The position numbers and the translations under genes were made by a program. Source: an uncultured Planctomycetota bacterium (GTDB lineage Bacteria > Planctomycetota > Planctomycetia > Isosphaerales > Isosphaeraceae). From it: 64,000 bases of DNA. Positions 1 to 8,657 of the stretch are shown piece by piece. How positions within the stretch are numbered: position 1 is the stretch's first letter; each line of letters begins with the position of its first letter. The stretch is from positions 4,608,001-4,672,000 of the forward strand of contig CAVTTN010000002.1 in NCBI GenBank assembly GCA_963737655.1, given 5' to 3'. The notes under the pieces were generated by a model that worked only from the letters and a program-made list of their open reading frames with translations, ran no database searches and was not told the origin of the DNA.

Positions 1-862
1 CCGGACCGTCGTGGCCCTGGGAGGCGTGGGCGAAGCGGCGATCGTGGCGCCTCCGGGGCATCCCCTGCGAAGGTTCGAGGTCGGGCGGCGGCCGTCGGCC
101 GTGGCGCTCTCGCCCGACGGCAAAATGGCCTATTTCGCCGATCCCGACGCCGACTCCGTGGCGACCGTCTCCACCGAGGGCGGGACCAACCGCAAACGGG
201 TGACGCTCGGCCCCCGGCCCGAGCCGTCGGCCGTCGAACGGGGCGAACGCCTGTTCCGCGACGCGAGGCTCTCGCACCACGGATGGCTGAGCTGCGCAAG
301 TTGTCACACCGACGGCCACACCATCGGCGGCCTGGCCGACACCCTGGGCGACGGTTCCTACGGGGCCCCGAAGCTCGTCCCGAGCCTCTTCGGCGTCAAG
401 TCCACCGGCCCCTGGGGCTGGCTGGGGAACTTGCCGGACCTGGGAACGCAGGTCAAGAAATCGGTCGAGACGACCATGAGAGGCGACTCGCCCGACGAGG
501 CGAAGGTCGCCGACCTGGTCGCCTATCTCGACTCGCTGGAACTCCCGGTAGCCCGGCCGACGGTCGATCCGTCGGCGGCATCACGAGGAAAAGCGATCTT
601 CAAGGCGCGAGACTGCGCCCGATGCCACTCGGGCGACGCCCTGACCTCCGAGGGCCAGTACGACGTGGGCCTGGACGATCAGGCCGGCAATCGCAAGTTC
701 AACCCGCCGTCGCTCCGAGGGGCGGGCCTCCGCGATCGGTTCCTGCACGACGGCCGCGCGGGGTCGATCGAGGACGTGTTTCGCGTTCAAAAGCACCCGG
801 ACGGCCGCTCGATGAGTTCGGACGAGATCCGCGACCTGGCGGCCTTCCTGCGGACTTTGTGA
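1..862 (+). CDS. Di-heme cytochrome c peroxidase/MauG-like protein with upstream YVTN-type beta-propeller; 5' end likely outside the window
   Basis: Two CxxCH motifs (CASCH, CARCH), PSLRG...FLHDGRA motif, propeller-like GRRPSAVALSPDG; stop at 860-862. Confidence 0.8.
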   Translation, partial: RTVVALGGVGEAAIVAPPGHPLRRFEVGRRPSAVALSPDGKMAYFADPDADSVATVSTEGGTNRKRVTLGPRPEPSAVERGERLFRDARLSHHGWLSCASCHTDGHTIGGLADTLGDGSYGAPKLVPSLFGVKSTGPWGWLGNLPDLGTQVKKSVETTMRGDSPDEAKVADLVAYLDSLELPVARPTVDPSAASRGKAIFKARDCARCHSGDALTSEGQYDVGLDDQAGNRKFNPPSLRGAGLRDRFLHDGRAGSIEDVFRVQKHPDGRSMSSDEIRDLAAFLRTL

Positions 863-877
863 GGTGGACCGGAGATT

Positions 878-1152
878 GAACCGCCAAGACGCCAAGTTCG
901 CCAAGAGAAGAGGAGAGGAGGAGGTGAGGAGAAGAGAAGAGGTGACGAGGAGAAGAGAGGTGAGAGGAAGAGATTGAAGAGAGTGGAGAGTGAAAAGAGA
1001 TGAGTGAATTCTGAAATTCCTCGATTTCTCCGACTCTCTTGCCTCTTCTCTCCACCTCAACTCACCTCTTCCCTCTTCCTGACCTCCCCTCTTCTCTTCT
1101 CCTCACCTCCTCCTCTCTTCTTCCCTTGGCGAACTTGGCGTCTTGGCGGTTC
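878..1152. repeat. ~275-bp imperfect inverted repeat with purine-rich and pyrimidine-rich arms, between convergent genes
   Basis: GAACCGCCAAGACGCCAAGTTCGCCAAG at 878-905; exact reverse complement at 1125-1152; AG-rich then CT-rich inner arms. Confidence 0.85.
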
Positions 1153-1192
1153 GTCCGTTTGTCCGTTCGTCCGTTCGTCCGTTCGCCCGCAT

Positions 1193-1636
1193 TCAATGCC
1201 TGGGCCGGAGGGCGGAGGCGGAGTCGTCGGAGCGGAGGCGCCGCCTCTGGAACCGGGCGGTGGTCCCGGCGTGGGGTCCTTCGGTGATGGCGACGCGGAC
1301 CCATCGGAAGCGGGCCATGAAGGAGCCGGCCTCGTAGCGTCTGGGCCCGCGTTGGCGGATGGCGTCGGCCTCGGGCGACGGCGCGGCCCGGGCCAGGCGC
1401 TCGACGTCGTCGCCGGTCTGCTCGTACTCGTTGGGGTCATCCAGGACCACGACCTTGGTGCCGAGGGGTTCGAGGTCGAACCCGAGGGTTTCGCCGGGCA
1501 GGGCGCCCACGGGCGCGCCGGTGCCGGGCCCCGCGACGATCGCGACGGTCCCGGGCGGGAGGGGATCGTTCTCGGGGTCGGCCCCGGCGCCGAACCGAGG
1601 CGAGGGCCGACCCATCCGCGCAAAGGCGACTCGCAT
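1193..1636 (-). CDS. Hypothetical protein
   Basis: 147-aa ORF with plausible composition filling the gap; no motif recognised. Confidence 0.5.
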   Translation of the reverse strand: MRVAFARMGRPSPRFGAGADPENDPLPPGTVAIVAGPGTGAPVGALPGETLGFDLEPLGTKVVVLDDPNEYEQTGDDVERLARAAPSPEADAIRQRGPRRYEAGSFMARFRWVRVAITEGPHAGTTARFQRRRLRSDDSASALRPRH

Positions 1637-1879
1637 GATGGGACCTCGTAGAGAGGTGGAACGGAGAAGAGAGAGGTGACGTTGCCAAATTTATCCCCCT
1701 CCGTCCCGGAATGCACGCGAATTCCGCCGAGAATGTGGGGGCAGATCGTGAATTTCGTCACGATTGGATATTTCCCTTGCAGCCCTCCGGGTCGTGTGCT
1801 GGAGTGAGAGTCGGGTCGAATCATCAACGGCCGCCCATCCCACCCGGCCCTCAAGGTCGAGGCGGCGAGGGCGTCCGAG

Positions 1880-3853
1880 ATGCCCTCTTGGCGAGAGCCC
1901 GAACATGACGAGCCTCCTTACCCCCGTCGCGCCGCGCCCGCGCGGTCGGTGGACCCCGCGCGCCCCGAGCCGGCGGTCAATGACCTGGCCATCCGGGTCG
2001 GCACGGTCAACGGCTCCGGGAGCCAGTCGGCGAACCTGGTGTTGCTCCGCGCCCTCCACGGGATGGGCATCCCGTGCAGCGGCAAGAACGTCTTCCCCTC
2101 GAACATCGAGGGCCTGCCGACGTGGTTCCACATCCGGGCCAGCGGCCAGGGCTACACCGCCCACAAGACGGATGCCCCGGTGCTCGTCTGCATGAACGAG
2201 CAGACCGCCGAGGACGACGTCCGGGCCCTGCGGCCCGGCTCGATCTGCATCGTCCGCGACGACTTCAAGGACGACGTCTCCGCCCTCCGCGACGACGTGG
2301 ACTTCTTCACCGTCCCGTTCGCCGAGCTGGCCGAGTCCGCCTTTCCCCCCGTGGCCGGGGACAAGGGATATCGCGACAAGCTGCGCAAGGTCGTGAACAT
2401 GGTCTACGTGGGCGTGGTCGCCATCGCCTGCGGGATCGAGATGGACGAGGTCCGCAAGGCGATCCGCCGCGAGTTCCCCGGCCGCAAGGCCAAGGCCGCC
2501 GAGATCAACATCAAGGCGGCCGAGGCCGGCGCCGACTGGGCCGAGGAGCACCTCCCCCGAGACCTGCCGTTCCGGGTCCGCCGGCTCGACGCCACGACCG
2601 GGCAGATCCTGATCGAGGGGAACAAGGCCGCGGCCCTGGGCGCCCTGTTCGGCGGGGCGAGCGTCCTGACGTGGTACCCGATCACTCCGTCGAGCAGCCT
2701 GGCCGAGTACGCCGAGGGCTTCCTCAAGGCCCACCGGACCCGACCCGACGGCAAGAAGACCTTCGCCGTGGTCCAGGCGGAGGACGAGCTCGCCGCCATC
2801 GGCATGGCCGTGGGCGCCGGTTGGGCCGGGGCCAGGTCGATCACCGCGACGAGCGGGCCGGGGATCTCGCTGATGTCCGAGTTCGTCGGCCTCGCGTACT
2901 TCGCCGAGATCCCGGTGGCGATCGTGGACGTCCAGAGGATGGGCCCGAGCACCGGCCTCCCCACCCGGACCAACCAGGGCGACGTGGTCAAGCTCCACCT
3001 GCTCGGCCACGGCGACTGCCGCCACGTCGTCCTGATCCCCGGCTCCGTGGGCGAATGCTTCAGCCTGACGGCCGAGGCGATCGACCTCTCCCAGGAGTTG
3101 CAGACCCCGGTGTTCGTCGCCACGGACCTGGACCTCGGCATGAACCTCTGGCTGAGCGAGCCGTTCGCCTATCCCGAGAAGCCCATCCGTCGCGGGAAGA
3201 TCCTGGACGCCGAGGCGCTGGAAGCCCGAGGCCAGTTCGAGAGATACCGCGACCTGGACGGCGACGGCGTGTGCTACCGGACCCTGCCCGGCACCGAGCA
3301 CCCCCTGGCCGCCTACTTCACCCGAGGCACCGGCCACAACGAGCGCTCCGGCTACAGCGAACGGCCCGAGGACTGGAAGAGGAACATCGACCGGCTGGCC
3401 AGGAAGCTCGAAACGGCGAGGAATCGGCTGCCGGCGCCGGTGATCGACACGCCCCCCGGGGCCAGGGTCGGGCTGATCGCCTACGGATCGACCCACCCGG
3501 CGATGGCCGAGGCGCGCGACCTCCTCCGCGACCAGGGCCTCCTCGCCGGCTACTGCCGGATCCGCTCCCTGCCGGTGTCGGACGAGGTCCCGGCGTTCAT
3601 CGCCCGATATGATCGGGTGTACGTGGTCGAGCAGAACCGGGATGGTCAGGTCTGCACCCTCCTGCGAGGCTCGCTCGAAGGGACGCTGGACGACCGGCTC
3701 GTCTCGGTCACCCACTACAACGGCACCCCGATCGCCGCCGAGAACATCGCCCACCCGATCCTGGACTGGGAGCGGACGTTCTCCGACCACGGGAGCCTGA
3801 CCGACGTTTCCGGCCGCGCCGAGGCGAAGGAAGGGGCGGTCTCGTCCGAGTAG
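1880..3853 (+). CDS. korA: 2-oxoacid:ferredoxin oxidoreductase alpha subunit (with N-terminal gamma-like domain); true start possibly ATG 1905 with an indel
   Basis: NGSGSQSAN, YPITPSS, QAEDELAA, TATSGPG, QRMGPSTGLPT, VVEQN motifs. Confidence 0.92.
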   Translation: MPSWREPEHDEPPYPRRAAPARSVDPARPEPAVNDLAIRVGTVNGSGSQSANLVLLRALHGMGIPCSGKNVFPSNIEGLPTWFHIRASGQGYTAHKTDAPVLVCMNEQTAEDDVRALRPGSICIVRDDFKDDVSALRDDVDFFTVPFAELAESAFPPVAGDKGYRDKLRKVVNMVYVGVVAIACGIEMDEVRKAIRREFPGRKAKAAEINIKAAEAGADWAEEHLPRDLPFRVRRLDATTGQILIEGNKAAALGALFGGASVLTWYPITPSSSLAEYAEGFLKAHRTRPDGKKTFAVVQAEDELAAIGMAVGAGWAGARSITATSGPGISLMSEFVGLAYFAEIPVAIVDVQRMGPSTGLPTRTNQGDVVKLHLLGHGDCRHVVLIPGSVGECFSLTAEAIDLSQELQTPVFVATDLDLGMNLWLSEPFAYPEKPIRRGKILDAEALEARGQFERYRDLDGDGVCYRTLPGTEHPLAAYFTRGTGHNERSGYSERPEDWKRNIDRLARKLETARNRLPAPVIDTPPGARVGLIAYGSTHPAMAEARDLLRDQGLLAGYCRIRSLPVSDEVPAFIARYDRVYVVEQNRDGQVCTLLRGSLEGTLDDRLVSVTHYNGTPIAAENIAHPILDWERTFSDHGSLTDVSGRAEAKEGAVSSE

Positions 3854-3907
3854 GGTCCGCGCCGAGCGTCACGAATTCAACCCAATCACCGATCCAGGGG
3901 TTTTCTC

Positions 3908-4963
3908 ATGAGCAAGGACGAAGCGGCGGTCCTCGTCGAGTCCCCCGGCCATACGGGGTCGTTGCCGACCCTGGCGTTCCAGGGCCTGCCCTCGACGCTC
4001 TGCAAGGGCTGCGGGCACAACAGCATCACCAGCGCGCTGATCGAGGCGTGCAAGGCGGTCGGCCTCGACCCGTATTACACGATCAAGGTCAGCGGGATCG
4101 GCTGTTCGAGCAAGACCCCGGCGTACCTGCTCCAGTACAGCCACGGGTTCAACACCCTGCATGGCCGGATGCCCTCGGTGGCCACCGGGGCGGCCCTGGC
4201 GAACCATCGGCTCACGTGCATCGGCATCAGCGGCGACGGCGACACGGCGAACATCGGCCTGGGCCAGTTCAAGCATGCGTGCCGTCGCAATCTGCCGATG
4301 GTCTATCTCGTCGAGGACAACGGCTGTTACGGCCTGACGAAGGGGCAATTCTCCGCCACGGCCGACCTCCACGCCCACCTCCGCCGGGAGACCGGCGAGG
4401 AGAACCCCACTCCGCCGTTCGACCTCTGCCTGGAGGCGATCGCCGCCGGCGCCACCTATGTGGCGCGGTCGTTCGCGGGCGACCGCAAGCAGTTGATCCC
4501 GTTGCTCAAGGGGGCCCTGAAGCATCGTGGGACGGCCTTCCTGGACATCATCAGCCCGTGCGTCACCTTCAATGACTTCGCCAGCTCCACCAAGAGCTGG
4601 GAATGGGCGAAGGCCCACGAGGAACCCCTCCACGAGATCGGCTTCGTCCGCCAGCTCCCGGAGATCGAGGTCGAGCAGGAAGCCGGGAAGACCACAAGGG
4701 TCCAGCTCCACGACGGCTCGTGGATCACCCTCCGGGCCCTTCATCACGAGGAGCACGACGCCACCCATCGCGGGTCGGCGCTGAACCTGCTCGTCGAGAG
4801 CGCCGACAAGGGCGAATTCGTCACCGGCCTGATGTACATCGACGCGATCCGGCCCGATTTCGTGAGCATGCAAGACCTGGGCGAGACCCCGCTGAGCCTC
4901 CTGTCCGACGAGGACCTGAGGCCCGGCCGGGACGTCCTGGAGGGCATCCTGGCGGAGATTTGA
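3908..4963 (+). CDS. korB: 2-oxoacid:ferredoxin oxidoreductase beta subunit
   Basis: LCKGCGH, SGIGCSS, HGR, GDGD TPP-binding motif, NGCYGLTKGQ, SPCVTFN; follows alpha subunit. Confidence 0.93.
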   Translation: MSKDEAAVLVESPGHTGSLPTLAFQGLPSTLCKGCGHNSITSALIEACKAVGLDPYYTIKVSGIGCSSKTPAYLLQYSHGFNTLHGRMPSVATGAALANHRLTCIGISGDGDTANIGLGQFKHACRRNLPMVYLVEDNGCYGLTKGQFSATADLHAHLRRETGEENPTPPFDLCLEAIAAGATYVARSFAGDRKQLIPLLKGALKHRGTAFLDIISPCVTFNDFASSTKSWEWAKAHEEPLHEIGFVRQLPEIEVEQEAGKTTRVQLHDGSWITLRALHHEEHDATHRGSALNLLVESADKGEFVTGLMYIDAIRPDFVSMQDLGETPLSLLSDEDLRPGRDVLEGILAEI

Positions 4964-4982
4964 ACCATCAGGGGAAGTTGAT

Positions 4983-5089
4983 GCAGGGTGCATGAAATGC
5001 ACCAACGACGCGGCGGCCGAAGGCCGCCCACCCTGGCGCATTTCATGCAGCCTACACGACGTGTCGTTGGCGCATTTCATGCACCCGAC
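4983..5089. repeat. GTAG-type REP cluster, three degenerate copies
   Basis: GCAGGGTGCATGAAATGCACC at 4983-5003 (+); inverted copies at 5035-5055 and 5069-5089. Confidence 0.8.
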
Positions 5090-6339
5090 AGGGATTCGAT
5101 CGCCTTGCAGGCCACGTCGATCGGATGCTCGGCCCGGATGCGATCGGCCAGGGTGCGACAGGTCCGCGCCACGTGCTCGTTTTCGAGCAGATCGGCCAGG
5201 GTCCGGGAGACGGCCGGTTCTCGGTAGCGCTTGACCCTCAGCGATCGGCCGATCCCGAGGCGTTCGAGACGATCGGCGTTGTCGAACTGGTCGTGCGCCA
5301 GGGGCCGGACGAGGTGGGGGATTCCGGCGGCCATCCCCTGGGCGGCGGTGCCGATCCCCCCGTGATGCACGAGCGCCGCGGCCCTCGGCAGGAGCGTGCT
5401 GAACGGAATATACGCGAAATGCCGGACCCCTTCCGGGAGGTCCTCGGGGATTTGATCGGCGAACTTCGTCGCGAGGATGCCCCTCCGCCCGAGCCGCTCG
5501 CACGCCGAGGCGCTCTCCGCGAAGAAGCCGTGGGCGAAGCGATTGGCCGAGCCGGGCGCGAAGACGATCGGAGGCGAACCTCGGTCGAGGAAATCCAGGA
5601 GATCCGGGTCGAGGGGCGAGACGTCGGCCTCGTCATAGAGCGGGAACCCGGCCTGGACCGTGTTCGGAGGCCAGTCCGACTGGATCGGCGCGTACCACTC
5701 GGGGAACATCGCCAGGACCAGGTCGGGCGAGTGCCACCATCGGTGGAAGATCCGTCGCACATTCGGCAATCCGACCTCGGCTCGATGGGCGTTGACCGGA
5801 GGGGCGAAGGTCCGATCGCTCGCCATCGACGCCACCCCGAAGAACGCCCGCTTCAGGGGGCGGGGGAGCCATCGGGGGATGGCCATGTCGCCCATCACCG
5901 GCATCGCCTCGACGCTCCAGAACACGGCCGGCTGGAGGTGGACGGTCGCCAGGGGGACGCCCAGCTTGTCCCTCGCCGTCCTCGCTCCGAAGGCGAGACC
6001 CCCGCAGACCACGGCGTCGAGCCCCTCGTTCTTCATGTCGCGGATGATGTCGTAGACCGGCCCCACGCCTCGGCCCGCGTGCGCCGAGACGGCCCGGAGG
6101 CTCTTCGTCGGGTGCCAGAGGTCGGGATCGACCAGGGCGGCCTCGAACTGGCCGGGCTCGCCGATGGTCCGGGACTCGAAGCCGTGCGAGTCCAGCAGCG
6201 GGACGAAATAATGCGGAGAAATGAAGATGACCTGATGTCCCCTCTGGCGGAGGGCCAGGCCGATCCCGATGAACGGGTGGACGTCGCCGGCGCTGCCGTA
6301 GGGGCACATCAGGATCTTCAAGCGAGGGCGCCTCCGCAT
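5077..6339 (-). CDS. GT1-family (RhlB/UDPGT-like) glycosyltransferase
   Basis: N-terminal GSAGDVHPFIGIG; C-terminal HHGGIGT...HDQFDNA motif; start could be 6360. Confidence 0.9.
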   Translation of the reverse strand: MRRRPRLKILMCPYGSAGDVHPFIGIGLALRQRGHQVIFISPHYFVPLLDSHGFESRTIGEPGQFEAALVDPDLWHPTKSLRAVSAHAGRGVGPVYDIIRDMKNEGLDAVVCGGLAFGARTARDKLGVPLATVHLQPAVFWSVEAMPVMGDMAIPRWLPRPLKRAFFGVASMASDRTFAPPVNAHRAEVGLPNVRRIFHRWWHSPDLVLAMFPEWYAPIQSDWPPNTVQAGFPLYDEADVSPLDPDLLDFLDRGSPPIVFAPGSANRFAHGFFAESASACERLGRRGILATKFADQIPEDLPEGVRHFAYIPFSTLLPRAAALVHHGGIGTAAQGMAAGIPHLVRPLAHDQFDNADRLERLGIGRSLRVKRYREPAVSRTLADLLENEHVARTCRTLADRIRAEHPIDVACKAIESLSGA

Positions 6340-6427
6340 GGTTTTCGTCGGGCAGGCCACGGCCGGCCGGCCCCGCCCCGAGTCTGAGGAATGCTAGATT
6401 TCCGATGAAAATTATTCATGTAGATAC

Positions 6428-6456
6428 TTGACAATTATATTCATCTTGCCTATTTC
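6428..6456 (+). promoter_or_regulatory. Candidate sigma70 promoter (distal)
   Basis: TTGACA-N17-TATTTC in an AT-rich intergenic region. Confidence 0.4.
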
Positions 6457-6503
6457 TCCACCTGTTATGCAAAGATTAGGATTGAAAAAAACGGGTTTTG
6501 TGC

Positions 6504-6537
6504 TTGACGCCCCCCCCCCCCCCCCGCCCTATATCCT
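6504..6537 (+). promoter_or_regulatory. Candidate sigma70 promoter with a C16 homopolymer in the spacer
   Basis: TTGACG (6504-6509), C16 (6510-6525), GCCC, TATATCCT (6530-6537), 50 bp upstream of ATG 6587. Confidence 0.6.
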
Positions 6538-6586
6538 ACCGCTCGTTCGAAGTATCGGAAGCAGGCGAATCCGGTAAGACGGAGAC

Positions 6587-7526
6587 ATGGTTATGAAGCG
6601 GCGCGGACTGACCCTCGTTGAGTTGCTCGTCATTCTCGCGATCATCGGACTTGTCCTCGCGCTCCTACTGCCGGCAGTCCAGGCAGCCCGCGAAGCCGCC
6701 AGAAGGGCTCAATGCTCGAATAATCTCAAACAAGTGGGCATTGCTTTTCACAATTATCACTCGACCCACTCATCGCTACCAAGGGAATTCAACAACCAAG
6801 GGAGTTCGCCTTTGGTACACATATTACCATATATGGAGCAAATCGCATTATTTGATTCGATAAACTTCAATGGGCCACTTTCTCTCTTAGGCAATTCAAA
6901 TAACGAAACGGCAAAACAACACGTCGTTTCAGTTTTCTTGTGTCCATCGGACACAAGGGAAAGCGACAGTGTCAATGTTTTTGCCCCAACAAATTACGCC
7001 TGTAACATCGGATATGGATTTAACGGTTTCGGCGACTTCGACAATGGTGTGTTCCCTCATCGCAGTCCTAATCGCGGCTTTGCAGACATCACCGATGGAT
7101 TGAGTTCAACGGCCATGGCTTCGGAGTGGCGACTCGGCTACTGGCGTCCTCAATCCCCTCCCGAGCGGGCGGTCTTCGTGATTCCCGATGGATCGCAACA
7201 GCCGAATAACTACAACCAATTCTCGGCCGCATGCTCCTCGATCAATCTCACGATAGCCGAACGGAGGGGGATCTCAAAAGGCAACTGTTGGTTCATGGGA
7301 GGAAATTTCTCTTCATCCTACTACCATACGATGCCGTTGAACCAGCCAAGTTGCTGGAATGTTGATAGTGATCACAGTTCGGCGACTGCTGGCAGTTACC
7401 ATCCCAGCGGAGCGAATGTGCTGTATTGCGACGGGGGCGTGCGATTCGCCAAGGACACCATCTCTCTCGCCACTTGGCGAGCCCCTCGGTAGCAGATCGG
7501 GAGGTGAAATCGTCCAAGATAATTAG
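6587..7526 (+). CDS. DUF1559 prepilin-like protein (low GC); one extra C near 7483 truncates it at 7492 as assembled
   Basis: GLTLVELLV...[41 protein letters not shown]; removing one C restores the [14 protein letters not shown] end to TAG 7524-7526. Confidence 0.9.
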
Positions 7527-7591
7527 CGTTGAAATGTGCCTTGTGCAACATTACCGTTCCTTCACCACAGAGCAACTCCAGGAGATTCACC

Positions 7592-8026
7592 ATGCGGCTT
7601 TCCGGCTTTCTCGCGTGTCTGATCGTTCTGGGCATATCATGCACCTGCAATGCCCAGGTTTCTATCACATCCCCTCAAGCGGGTGCCATCAATCCCAACA
7701 CCGATATCACGATTGCGGGTTCGGTGACGTGGGACAATTCCAAGGTGTCGCTCTCGTCGGTCCAGTACACCATCGTCGAGACCGACCAGACCGGTAACAT
7801 GGCCATCAACACCCCCGTCCCGGCCACCACCAACAACATTCCGGCCGGCACCGCACCACCCTATAACTTCAGCTACAAGAAAGTGATGACGACGCCGACA
7901 CCTGCGGCGGGGCAGACTCGGTATTACAAGGTCGAAGTGCTCGCCAAATTCAGCGATGGCAGCCAGGCCCTTGATAGCGAGTCTTTCACGGTTTCTTCTC
8001 CGGGTGGCGGCGGAGGGGGAACCTGA
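7592..8026 (+). CDS. Secreted beta-rich (Ig-like) hypothetical protein
   Basis: AGGAG RBS, signal peptide MRLSGFLACLIVLGISCTCNA, Thr/Ser-rich strands, poly-Gly tail. Confidence 0.7.
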   Translation: MRLSGFLACLIVLGISCTCNAQVSITSPQAGAINPNTDITIAGSVTWDNSKVSLSSVQYTIVETDQTGNMAINTPVPATTNNIPAGTAPPYNFSYKKVMTTPTPAAGQTRYYKVEVLAKFSDGSQALDSESFTVSSPGGGGGGT

Positions 8027-8127
8027 TCTCGCTCTTAGAACGAGTACCCATCTCGTTGATCTAGATTCTTAGAAAAGAGCTTTGACTCTCGCACATTATC
8101 GAGTCTGAAGCTCGAAAGGCGACTAGC

Positions 8128-8157
8128 CCTCTCCTTCATCACGAGGGAGAGGTTTTT
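8128..8157 (+). terminator. Rho-independent terminator
   Basis: CCTCTCCTTC/GAGGGAGAGG stem followed by TTTTT. Confidence 0.65.
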
Positions 8158-8201
8158 CTACGCATCGAAGTGCGTCGTAATACGATGACTCCGACTAGCC
8201 C

Positions 8202-8651
8202 TTAAATCAGCCGGCGGCTGTCCAGGAGCAGGGTCACGGGGCCGTCGTTGACGAGCTCGACCTCCATGTCGGCGCCGAATTCGCCGGTCGGGACGTCAAG
8301 TCCGGCGGCTCGGAGCCGGGCCGCGAACCGCTCGTAGAGCCGCTCGGCCTCGGCCGGCTCGGCGGCGGCGATAAAACTCGGGCGGCGGCCCTTGCGACAG
8401 TCGGCCAGCAGGGTGAACTGGCTGACGGCCAGGACCGCGCCCCGGGCCTCGCGGACGTCCCGGTTCATCTTGCCGTCGTCGTCGGCGAAGGCGCGGAGGT
8501 TGGCGACCTTGTCGGCCAGGCGGTCGGCGTCGTCGTCCGAATCGCCGGTCTCGACTCCCACCAAGGCGAGCCAGCCCGCGCCGATCCGGCCGATGGATCG
8601 GCCTTCGACGCGGACCTCGGCCCGTTTCACCCTCTGGAGGACGATCCTCAT
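8202..8651 (-). CDS. dtd: D-aminoacyl-tRNA deacylase
   Basis: [25 protein letters not shown] motifs. Confidence 0.96.
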   Translation of the reverse strand: MRIVLQRVKRAEVRVEGRSIGRIGAGWLALVGVETGDSDDDADRLADKVANLRAFADDDGKMNRDVREARGAVLAVSQFTLLADCRKGRRPSFIAAAEPAEAERLYERFAARLRAAGLDVPTGEFGADMEVELVNDGPVTLLLDSRRLI

Positions 8652-8657
8652 CTCAGG

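Noticed and set aside
4983..5089. REP clusters or the 33-bp repeat at 59489 as a CRISPR array
   Set aside because: Copies are inverted or spacer-less, there are too few, and no cas genes are present.
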